Shown one piece after another: positions 9,272 to 17,533 of a DNA stretch of 64,000 nt; the first letter of the stretch is position 1; every line of letters starts with the position of its first letter. The notes under the pieces were generated by a model, which saw only the letters and a program-made list of their open reading frames with translations, did no database searches and was not told the origin of the DNA. A program made the position numbers and the translations under genes. Where the stretch lies: contig OZ251507.1 of NCBI GenBank assembly GCA_965242895.1, forward strand, positions 626,276-690,275. Direction: 5' to 3'. Source of the stretch: Acidimicrobiales bacterium (GTDB lineage Bacteria > Actinomycetota > Acidimicrobiia > Acidimicrobiales > CATQHL01).

Positions 9272-10261
9272 ATGACTAAATCAGCAATAGCAGCAATCAC
9301 ACTAGCAATAGCAGTACTAGCAGTGATGCTAGCCGTAGCGCCCGCTACAGCGACCGAAAGCGCAGAAGAAGAACGCCTGCGCGAAGACATAGCCCGCGCC
9401 ACCATAGCCCGCAACCGCTATCAGTCTGAAAGCGAACGCTTAGTAAGGCTTCGGGATAACTGGATCCAAGAGATCCGCGACTTTTACGCCCCCCAAATAG
9501 AGAGAGCCGACAATCAAGTCAGAATCTGGAACAACGCGATCGCCGGATACACCGAAAAACTAGAAGCACTAGCACCTACACCGCCACCCGCAGCACCGAC
9601 ACCTCCACCCGCAGTCGGATGCGTGATCGAACCGTGCGGGACAACAACAACGACCGCAGCAGCAACGCCGCCACCCGCAGCACCGACACCTCCACCCGCA
9701 GTCGGGTGCGTGATCGAGCCATGCGGGACAACAACGACGACCGCAGCACCGACGTTAACCGAACCAACAATAGCAATGGAAGAAGCAAGTCAACGAGAAG
9801 TTAACAGGATAATGCGCAGAAAACCACCATATCACCACTTGAGGCCAAGTGGGCCTGGTCCTTATTACACCAGAGAAGAAGACCGTCTCATTTATAACTC
9901 CCGAATCGAGGAGTTATGCAAAGATACAAACCCAGACTTAAGTGATACTACCAAACAATATTTCACACTAGAAGTTAGAGTACCAATAATAACACAAGCA
10001 AACAGAGACACCGGCCACATCTATCAATTTCCATACAATCAAAATGCTAACACCGCATGGTGTGATGTAGTGCCAAGAGTAGGCCAAAATCGTAGCCTAG
10101 CCTACCCCGAAATGCCCCGATCCAACATAATAATATACACAGACTCCTGGCACCGTAAGGACGCTATAAGCTTAAGCGCCGAGAACTGGCCACTTAGCGT
10201 CGCAGCGAATAATTGCGTACAAATTAGCCCCCGCATAATCCTTCCCTGCGGAGAAAACTAA
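9272..10261 (+). CDS. secreted repeat protein, paralog 2
   Basis: Same signal peptide, coiled coil and 2x repeat as 7990..9003. The ATG at 9272 matches the paralog 1 start context (gagaaaacaATGactaaatc). Confidence 0.7.
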   Translation: MTKSAIAAITLAIAVLAVMLAVAPATATESAEEERLREDIARATIARNRYQSESERLVRLRDNWIQEIRDFYAPQIERADNQVRIWNNAIAGYTEKLEALAPTPPPAAPTPPPAVGCVIEPCGTTTTTAAATPPPAAPTPPPAVGCVIEPCGTTTTTAAPTLTEPTIAMEEASQREVNRIMRRKPPYHHLRPSGPGPYYTREEDRLIYNSRIEELCKDTNPDLSDTTKQYFTLEVRVPIITQANRDTGHIYQFPYNQNANTAWCDVVPRVGQNRSLAYPEMPRSNIIIYTDSWHRKDAISLSAENWPLSVAANNCVQISPRIILPCGEN

Positions 10262-10267
10262 AAAACT

Positions 10268-10308
10268 AGCGTCCGGCCGGACGCCCGCACGGACGACCGG
10301 CCGGACGC
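10268..10308 (+). terminator. GC-rich palindrome downstream of paralog 2 (same arms as 9117-9158, core inverted)
   Basis: AGCGTCCGGCCGG-ACGCCCGCACGGACGA-CCGGCCGGACGC. Confidence 0.5.
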
Positions 10309-10515
10309 AGCCTCAGTAGGCGAGAATTCCGAGAACAAAGGAGAAGACGTATCAGGATGTCGCCGGAGCGAACTGTCTGCACATGGCCGCTCCAGTGCTG
10401 CCAACAGCGCTCAGACAGAGCGCAGATTTCGAGGAAGACGCAACTGCCACAGAGGGAATCCAAAAAATTTTGTCACTATGCTCCCCACATGCGATAGCAT
10501 CGCCTCATAGCGAAC

Positions 10516-12330
10516 ATGGCTGAACCCCCCCCCCCCCCTCAACTTCCGAATCAGGAAGAGTTCTTTCGCCCACCGGCGCGGTTCGGAAATGTCCCCGTCC
10601 CGATCACACCGCTCGGTTGGGATCCGAAAAATCCCGGATTTCGTAATCATTATCCCGAGGTTCGACTACCGACTCAAATAGTAGACCGTCTCAGCTTCGG
10701 AGCTCCCGAACTGAAGCCCAACCGCCTGATATGGGGTGACAATCTCCACATCATGCGCACTCTCCCGTCGGAAAGTATAGATCTGATCTATATCGATCCT
10801 CCTTTCTTTTCAAACAGGGTCTACAACGTAATTTGGGGAGATCAGAACGAAGAACGTTCATTCTCCGACATTTGGGAAGGCGGTCTTGATGGATACTTGA
10901 TATGGCTCAACGCTCGACTCTACGAAATGAAACGAATCCTAAAGCCGACCGGCTCGATCTACGTCCACTGCGACTGGCACGCCTCACACTACATCAAAGT
11001 CGAGATGGACAAGATATTTGGATATGAGAATTTTCGCAACGAAATAATATGGCATTACGGACTGGGAGGTTTTAATGTAAAGCGCTGGTTTCCGCGCAAA
11101 CATGATGTTATTTTTTACTATGCAAGATCAGTCAAGAGTCATCATAACAAGATCCGAATGAATGTAAGTAAGTGGATGGCCCAGAAATACTCATCTCAGG
11201 ATGAGGTGGGTAAGTACTTTGTGCAGGACGGGAAAAAGTACTATCTTAAAGGAGGTAAGCCTATTGATTCTATATGGGACCATGATGAACTCATTGAACA
11301 CACCATGTCGCAAACTTCAGGAGAACGAGTTGGGTATCCTACCCAAAAGCCTGAGATATTAATCGAAAGAATCCTCCAAGCTTCATCCAATCCAAACGAC
11401 CTCGTACTAGACGTATTTGTTGGGGGAGGAACCACAGCCGCAGTCGCTCAACGACTAGGGCGGCGCTGGATCGCCTGCGACCAGTCGCGTGTTGCCATAG
11501 CAGTGACTGCCGAGCGCCTTAAGGCTCCGCTCGCCACTGAACTTGATGTCCCCGAAACACCAGACTTCACAATTGAACACTGGGGAGTCTATGAATCTGA
11601 ACACTTAGAGACTATGCCCCCTGAAGAGTTCAGGAGTTTCATACTGGCCTGCTATGACGCTCATCCTAGCAACGATGACGGGATACACGCCTACAAAGGG
11701 AACAATGCGCGTATCCCTGTCTGGGTTGGGTCTCAAAACTCAACCCAACGAGTAACTGCAGCAGACGTCAACCACTTCGCTCAGGCCATAGCGCGACTTC
11801 CCCGATACGGTGGAGATGAAGGGCTGAGAAATGGTATCATGCTGGCCTGGGGATTCCGCGAAGACGCCCAGAAAGCCGCTGAAGAACTGCGAGAAAGAGA
11901 AACGCTCACTATCGCATTCGTGCGAATTGAACAGATCCGCATCGATTCTCCAAAATTCCGAGAACACATCGCAAGACAGTCCACCGACCGAGGCGACTAC
12001 TCAGAGTTTCTTACGTTCGTCAGGCCGCCTTTAGTATCATTCACATCCCGCCGCCTCAAACATCGTCATTATTGCTTTGATGCGAGCGACAGTCATACAA
12101 CAAATACCGATTCCAAGATCATCAACGTTCAGTGGGACTTCAATTATAACGGAAAAACATTCCGCGCCGAATCAGGTAAATGGTTCCAGAACACCAAGCG
12201 TAAGAGCACAGGTCCTCTGCTCCTAACTCAGCACACCTTCCCTAAAACCGGTATATATCGAGTGGGGTGCAAGATCCAAGATGACAAAGGCGGAGAAGGC
12301 GAACACTACAAAACAATCTCGATCGAATAA
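10516..12330 (+). CDS. beta-class N6A/N4C DNA methyltransferase (Mod-like) with C-terminal PKD-like domain
   Basis: Motif IV is IYIDPPFFSN, motif X is GYPTQKPEILIERIL, and motif I is VLDVFVGGGTTAAVAQRLGRRWIACD; the IV..X..I order indicates beta class. The C-terminal FDASDS...VQWDFNYNG...HTFPKTGIYRVGCKIQDDKGGEG resembles a PKD fold signature. Codons 4-8 lie in a C14 tract (10525-10538). Confidence 0.9.
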   Translation: MAEPPPPPQLPNQEEFFRPPARFGNVPVPITPLGWDPKNPGFRNHYPEVRLPTQIVDRLSFGAPELKPNRLIWGDNLHIMRTLPSESIDLIYIDPPFFSNRVYNVIWGDQNEERSFSDIWEGGLDGYLIWLNARLYEMKRILKPTGSIYVHCDWHASHYIKVEMDKIFGYENFRNEIIWHYGLGGFNVKRWFPRKHDVIFYYARSVKSHHNKIRMNVSKWMAQKYSSQDEVGKYFVQDGKKYYLKGGKPIDSIWDHDELIEHTMSQTSGERVGYPTQKPEILIERILQASSNPNDLVLDVFVGGGTTAAVAQRLGRRWIACDQSRVAIAVTAERLKAPLATELDVPETPDFTIEHWGVYESEHLETMPPEEFRSFILACYDAHPSNDDGIHAYKGNNARIPVWVGSQNSTQRVTAADVNHFAQAIARLPRYGGDEGLRNGIMLAWGFREDAQKAAEELRERETLTIAFVRIEQIRIDSPKFREHIARQSTDRGDYSEFLTFVRPPLVSFTSRRLKHRHYCFDASDSHTTNTDSKIINVQWDFNYNGKTFRAESGKWFQNTKRKSTGPLLLTQHTFPKTGIYRVGCKIQDDKGGEGEHYKTISIE

Positions 12331-12356
12331 CAGCAATTATTACCCAATAAGTCACA

Positions 12357-14360
12357 TTGATAAACGATTTTCTTCCGCTAGAACACAAATTCGAAACTTG
12401 GATTGCGAACGGTTTCGAATCCTCCTCTAACACTACACACAATTATCTGAAGTTTCTTGCAGACCCTGAAGACGAACGTCACCCAAATCCAGACCGTCTG
12501 TGGCGCCATCAATGGGAAGCACTTCTCCGTGTCATCTACGCCAGAGAAATCGCAGGAAAAACTTTCTGGGAAAAAGGACTCTTGGTAAACATCGTTACTG
12601 GGGGCGGAAAAACAGCACTAATGGCGGCAGTCATGGTCTGGCTGCGGCTTTCTCTGGATATTCAAAGATTCCTGATTATCTGCCCAAATCTCATAGTGAG
12701 AGACCGATTGGAAGAAGACTTTTCCGAAGGGAAGGTCTTCAAAGAACGCGGCCTCATCCCTCCCGACATGATGGTGTCTGCCGAGAGTTTCGCGCTTACC
12801 ACGCTAGGTGGATCTTATAAGAGAACTGCAGCTGATCTCTTCGGATCCAACGTGGTGCTCGCCAACATTCATCAGTTCTATAGGAGCACTAGAACCGGAC
12901 AGCAAAACCTGTGGAATCTGTTACAAGCCGAGCAAACTCCTTTCGCCATTTTCAACGACGAAGCACACAACACACCTGCTCCAGAGTATTTCCGCACATT
13001 GCAGAATCTGCAGGAGCACCCCGGATACCGCTTCCGGCTCGACACCACTGCCACTCCCGATCGCCCCGACGAAAAGCCGATCGATAGTCGAATGATCTTC
13101 GAGTACGAGGTCCCGGCTGCTCTGCGCGACAGCATCATTTCAACTCCAGTCGTCTATCAGCCGGATGTTGAGACTGTTGAACTCACCTATACCGACACGG
13201 AGTCGGGCGAAACGAAACATGTCGAGGAAATCGATTGGGATGAGGTGGATCAAGCCGGAGTGAGCGCGACCCAGTGGGTAACCGACACCCAGCCGATGCA
13301 CCAGCAAATAAGCATCGCTCTCAACCGACTTGAGGAGGCCAGGCGGAATGCAATGGATCATTACGACCCCATCCTCTTCGTAGTAGCCGTCAGCAAAGCC
13401 GACGCACGCGCCGCCAAGCAGATGCTCAAACAGCAATTCAATCTCAGGACTCTCATAGTTACTGAAGATGAGGACGAGAAGGCGCGCAAAGAAGCGGCAG
13501 CTATCGGACAGAGCAGCCGTTACGAAGCGGTGGTAAGCGTGGCCATGCTCCGTGAAGGCTGGGATGTCCCCGAGGTTTCCGTCATTCTTCTGCTTCGCAA
13601 GTTTGGAAGCAAGGTCTATGGACCTCAAGTTGTCGGACGCGGGTTGCGTCGCATACGTAGAGCCGACTTCGGTTCCGATGAGCCTCAGATTTGCGCCATA
13701 GTGGATCATCCCAAGCTCGATCACGACTGGCTCTGGAAACTATTGCGCGCCCGAGTTCGCAAGAAGGTCGGTTTGGATCAAGTCTTTGAAGAGGAAGAGC
13801 TGCAAGAGATACCACCCACACAAGAGATCGTTGAGCCCGAATTGCTAATCGAGATACCTGAGCCTCTCGATAGCAGCCATGAAGTGTTGGAACCAGTCGT
13901 AGTGGAATATTTCAATGAGCCCGCAAGAGACTGGAAAGAGAAACTCGACGCCTTCCAATACGACTTCACGGCTATAGAAATCACAGATCAAACCCTCTCC
14001 GGTGTTACTGGCGAAGAATTGACACCTGACGGCTGGACTCGCCTCAAGAGTGCGCCAGGCGATTCCGAAGTGCTGGATACTCCTGCTCTGAGCAGAAGTG
14101 AACTTGCCGGGCGGATTCGTGGACGCCTGCTTGACATAGCGGAGCAGGCCGTGATAGCAGCCGGCTACCCTCCTCATCTTTCGGATCGGGTCTACAGGCC
14201 GCTCCTCCGGCACGTATCGGATCGCTTGTTGGACGAACGAAGACTTTCTCTCGCCGACCTGGACTACCTTGTCCGGGCATCCCGATTACTGCCGCAACTC
14301 GAAATGTTTGTCGGAAAACGGGCCGACATCATCGGAGGAATGATCGAATATGGCAGTTAG
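12357..14360 (+). CDS. SF2 helicase, type III restriction Res-like (ResIII family)
   Basis: Motif I is IVTGGGKTAL, motif II is FNDEAHN, motif III is LDTTATP, and motif VI is QVVGRGLRR, preceded by MLREGWDVPEVSVILLLR. It has a TTG start 27 nt after the methyltransferase stop. Confidence 0.85.
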   Translation: MINDFLPLEHKFETWIANGFESSSNTTHNYLKFLADPEDERHPNPDRLWRHQWEALLRVIYAREIAGKTFWEKGLLVNIVTGGGKTALMAAVMVWLRLSLDIQRFLIICPNLIVRDRLEEDFSEGKVFKERGLIPPDMMVSAESFALTTLGGSYKRTAADLFGSNVVLANIHQFYRSTRTGQQNLWNLLQAEQTPFAIFNDEAHNTPAPEYFRTLQNLQEHPGYRFRLDTTATPDRPDEKPIDSRMIFEYEVPAALRDSIISTPVVYQPDVETVELTYTDTESGETKHVEEIDWDEVDQAGVSATQWVTDTQPMHQQISIALNRLEEARRNAMDHYDPILFVVAVSKADARAAKQMLKQQFNLRTLIVTEDEDEKARKEAAAIGQSSRYEAVVSVAMLREGWDVPEVSVILLLRKFGSKVYGPQVVGRGLRRIRRADFGSDEPQICAIVDHPKLDHDWLWKLLRARVRKKVGLDQVFEEEELQEIPPTQEIVEPELLIEIPEPLDSSHEVLEPVVVEYFNEPARDWKEKLDAFQYDFTAIEITDQTLSGVTGEELTPDGWTRLKSAPGDSEVLDTPALSRSELAGRIRGRLLDIAEQAVIAAGYPPHLSDRVYRPLLRHVSDRLLDERRLSLADLDYLVRASRLLPQLEMFVGKRADIIGGMIEYGS

Positions 14361-14700
14361 CGAACGAGGAAATTACGACCGCCCGAGAAAAAGCACATGG
14401 AACTTCGAGAGCTTCGATAGTGGACTTGAAAAGCGCATGATGGAGCGCCTGGAGAGAGATCCGGCGGTTCGCAAGTGGACAAAGCGCCACGGCATCAGCA
14501 TCACTTGGATTGATCGCCATCGTCGTCGACACTCCTATCGCCCTGATTTTCTCGTCGAATACGTGGACAGCTCTAAGACTCTACTTGAAGTCAAGGGTGC
14601 TCATATGGTCGAGTCCGATTCCGTGCGCCGAAAGCGCGAGGCTGCCGAACTGTGGTGCCAGCGCAGGGGGATGGACTACTCCATCGAAACCATTCTGTAA
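14350..14700 (+). CDS. PD-(D/E)xK nuclease-fold protein (TnsA-N / Res C-terminal endonuclease-like)
   Basis: ...HSYRPDFLVEYVDSSKTLLEVKGAHM...RRKREAAELWCQRRGMDYSIE carries a PD...ExK core followed by a conserved K/W segment. It overlaps the helicase stop by 11 nt in another frame. Confidence 0.65.
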   Translation: MAVSERGNYDRPRKSTWNFESFDSGLEKRMMERLERDPAVRKWTKRHGISITWIDRHRRRHSYRPDFLVEYVDSSKTLLEVKGAHMVESDSVRRKREAAELWCQRRGMDYSIETIL

Positions 14701-14760
14701 CTCCTATTCGACAATGTCCACCCCCGGTTAGCCGGAGAGCACCGAGAACAGGCGGGACAG

Positions 14761-14805
14761 AGAACAGGGTGAATGGGAACAGGGTGAATGAGAACAGGGT
14801 GAATT
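14761..14805. repeat. 3 x 15-bp tandem repeat GAACAGGGTGAATGR
   Basis: gaacagggtgaatgg gaacagggtgaatga gaacagggtgaattt, located between the nuclease ORF and the lipoprotein gene. Confidence 0.85.
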
Positions 14806-14934
14806 TCGACTGCCGAGTAGACATCGTGCCATAATCGCCGCCAGCACGGATAGTTCTCGTCGATAAGGGTGAGGCTCTTACACTTACAAATCGTGCTCAC
14901 ATCGAAGAAAGGTTTTCCGCTCCGCTGGGGAGGG

Positions 14935-15549
14935 ATGACCCTCGCTTGCGTCTGCGTTGCCGCCCTGCTGACGGGGGGAATTGCCTCTTGCGGTTCGCCT
15001 GGGACAGAACTGACCCCGCCCACCACAACCAGTAGCGGGCGGTCGGATGCCGACAGCCTCCAATTCAGCGAATTTGAAGAAGGGCCGGGGGGTATGCGAA
15101 TCGGGGGGGTGAACTTCAACCCGGGCGATCCCCTGCCGGAAGGGAACTTCTACATAGGGGCGCTGCCGGAGTTGGAATGGTGGAACATCCCTGCCGAAGC
15201 CGTGGAGTTAGCTCTCTTCGTCTTGTTGCCAGACTCGGAATTCCGTCCTTTCCTTTGGGGAGCGTCGGGCATCTCGCCGGATAGCACGGGTTTCTTCGGA
15301 ACTCTCGACCTCGGACTGAACCCGCTGCAGAGGAGCGTGAACTTCGACGGGCTTCCGCTTGACGATCCCACTTCGGACTGGAGGGGCTATCCAAGACCAG
15401 AACACGAACCGGGCGAGCGGGTGATGTTCCTCCTGTGCGCCCTAGACAGCAACTTGGCGCCGGGATGGAACATCCGAGAGGTCTGGGCTGTTTGCGTGCA
15501 GGAAGTTCCCATCGGCAACGCCTTCGTGAACGCCCGCCTGCCTTTCTAG
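14935..15549 (+). CDS. putative lipoprotein, possibly degenerate PEBP/YbhB-like
   Basis: MTLACVCVAALLTGGIASCGS has a lipobox-like IASC motif. A GGGGAGGG RBS precedes the ATG at 14935. LEWWNIPAEAVELALFVLLPD... and ...WRGYPRPEHEPGERVMFLLCALDSNL loosely resemble PEBP motifs. Confidence 0.45.
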   Translation: MTLACVCVAALLTGGIASCGSPGTELTPPTTTSSGRSDADSLQFSEFEEGPGGMRIGGVNFNPGDPLPEGNFYIGALPELEWWNIPAEAVELALFVLLPDSEFRPFLWGASGISPDSTGFFGTLDLGLNPLQRSVNFDGLPLDDPTSDWRGYPRPEHEPGERVMFLLCALDSNLAPGWNIREVWAVCVQEVPIGNAFVNARLPF

Positions 15550-15623
15550 CTAGCTCCCAGGGCTGCTAGCTCCCCTGGACAAGGACTTCCAGAACGCCCT
15601 TCAGATCAGACGGCCTGCATACG

Positions 15624-15665
15624 AAAAAGGTGGGTCTGCGCTTGCTCCCACAGCGCAAACCCACC
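15624..15665 (-). terminator. intrinsic terminator downstream of the minus-strand ATPase cassette
   Basis: The minus strand reads GGTGGGTTTGCG-CTGTGGGAGCAAG-CGCAGACCCACC followed by TTTTT (15628-15624). Confidence 0.55.
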
Positions 15666-15938
15666 TTGCCGTCACGCCGAAACCCTGCTCCAACTTCGCA
15701 GTGCTCCCGAACTGCTCTTGGGTTTCGGCTGTTTGAATTATCCCGACAAGTTGATCCTTCACCGATACAGACGCAGCACCCCCCAGATTGGTTGACAAGA
15801 AATCGGAAGGAATTTGAGGAACTTCCCTAGGCGGACACAAAGGCGGGAAGCAAAGGCAAAGAGAAAAGGTAAGAAAGGCCGGAAGGGACGCCCGATGCGA
15901 CGCCCTGATGCGACGCGCTGATGCGACGCGCTACCGCA

Positions 15939-17012
15939 TCAGCAAGCAAGCCGCCCAGACACCATCGGCAGAGCTTCGCGTAGTTGGTCACGTTCGGACT
16001 TGCTTGTAAGCGCACGCTGAGCATCCCCAATGAACGCCAACACCCTTTCCGGTTCCGTGGCTTCAAGAAGAACCTCGGAATGCGTAGCCACTACGACTTG
16101 TCCGCCGCGCTGTCGCGCTACCCTGCGGATCAAGTCGTAAACCTGCCTCTGCCAAATGACATGCTGATGGGCATCTGGTTCGTCGAGCAGAATGACCGCG
16201 GCTGGTCTTGCATACAAGAAAGCAAACAGAAGCAGAACTTGCAGCGTCCCACTGCCGGCATTCGAGAGATCCAACGGCCGCTGCAGGCCACGCTCCCGGT
16301 ATTCACTCCGAATATAAGGCTGAGCAGGAGAATAGGTTGGTTTGAGCATTTCAATTCCGCAGAGGTCTTTGATATGCGCGGCAAAGTCATTCCATTCGCC
16401 CTCTCCACGCTCGACAACCTCAAAAAGAAGGTTTCGGAGTATTTCACCTGGCCTGCCTTGTCCTACTAGAAGATCCTGCATTCCTCTGTCACGCCGTGGT
16501 TCTTCAGGTCTAATGCCCATTAGAGGCGGCACGTGTACTATCCCAAGACTTCGCACAGGTTCAGGCGGAAAATCTCTCAGAACATCTTCATCGAGATTCT
16601 TGGCACCTTGAGGACGGACATAGACCATCTCACGATTGGCGTACTCAAATTCGAGGCCACATACCCAGTTCTCCTCGTCCGCAAAACCTTCAACGACGAT
16701 CTCAATCTTGCGAGGCTTACCAGGGCCGTCGGTGACTCTCCGGCCGCGCCAAAGAAGGTTCATTTCACGGAGCGGAACCGAAACGAAATCCCCACGGGTA
16801 ACAGCCACTCCGGTTCGCTTCATCCTAGTACTCTTAGCAGTGGCCTTCTGCTGAGACATCCATCTCTCAAGTCCGAACTTCCAGGTAGCGATTCCTTGAA
16901 GTAATGTCGACTTTCCAGCGTTGTTGGGGCCGGCCAAAACAACCAAATCCTCCAACTCAAAGGTCTCCTCAGTAAAGCGCTTGAAGTTCCTGATTGTTAC
17001 TTTTTGGATCAT
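15939..17012 (-). CDS. ABC/AAA_21-type ATPase (cassette gene 4)
   Basis: The N-terminus is MIQKVTIRNFKRF...LVVLAGPNNAGKSTLLQGI (Walker A). It also has ILLDEPDAHQHVIWQ (Walker B/D-loop) and VVATHSEVLL (H-loop). Confidence 0.8.
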   Translation of the reverse strand: MIQKVTIRNFKRFTEETFELEDLVVLAGPNNAGKSTLLQGIATWKFGLERWMSQQKATAKSTRMKRTGVAVTRGDFVSVPLREMNLLWRGRRVTDGPGKPRKIEIVVEGFADEENWVCGLEFEYANREMVYVRPQGAKNLDEDVLRDFPPEPVRSLGIVHVPPLMGIRPEEPRRDRGMQDLLVGQGRPGEILRNLLFEVVERGEGEWNDFAAHIKDLCGIEMLKPTYSPAQPYIRSEYRERGLQRPLDLSNAGSGTLQVLLLFAFLYARPAAVILLDEPDAHQHVIWQRQVYDLIRRVARQRGGQVVVATHSEVLLEATEPERVLAFIGDAQRALTSKSERDQLREALPMVSGRLAC

Positions 17013-17035
17013 TTGAAGTCAACAACCGACTGCAC

Positions 17036-17533
17036 TCAGGGGAACTTTCTGCAAAGATTCTTATCGGCGAGCAATCTATTTCGCTTTTTCCGATTTTCAG
17101 CAGTATTTCCTGTTGGAAAAACCTTACCCTCCGGAGAGCTCAACAAGTTAGGTTCCTGAAAATCATTACGCAGGTCCTCATCTTTTGAATATAGTAATCT
17201 AGCCCCACTTGCCTCAGCAAGTGCTAATATATGCCGATCATTTGAGCGAATTTTTCCTTTACGGGTTAACCGCTCTTTTGCTGAATCAATCGCTTCCTCT
17301 TTGATGTAGATAAGTCTGCCCGCCCTGTACGCTTGGTTAGACCAATCACTAAATTTACCTACCTTGTTGAGTTCACTGCGTAAAGTCTTTCCCGATTTAG
17401 TTTGCTCGTTTTCTTCAACTACCAAGCGACCTCTGGAATTGATCCAGTTAAAAAACTGTTTACCAGCTTCGCTACGATCTCTCCCTTTCCCGAAAACCTT
17501 ATGCACAGCACTAGCATCTAAGATTCCACACAT
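17036..17533 (-). CDS. PIN-like putative nuclease (cassette gene 3)
   Basis: The acidic residues are spaced as in PIN domains: CGILDASAV (D6), RSNDRHILALAEASGARLLYSKDEDL (D109, D127/D129). Its start overlaps the upstream ATPase stop by 1 nt. Confidence 0.5.
   Translation of the reverse strand: MCGILDASAVHKVFGKGRDRSEAGKQFFNWINSRGRLVVEENEQTKSGKTLRSELNKVGKFSDWSNQAYRAGRLIYIKEEAIDSAKERLTRKGKIRSNDRHILALAEASGARLLYSKDEDLRNDFQEPNLLSSPEGKVFPTGNTAENRKKRNRLLADKNLCRKFP

Noticed and set aside
15601-15840. 79-aa minus-strand ORF downstream of the ATPase cassette
   Set aside because: It runs straight through the predicted terminator hairpin (15624-15665). It has no motif or convincing start context.
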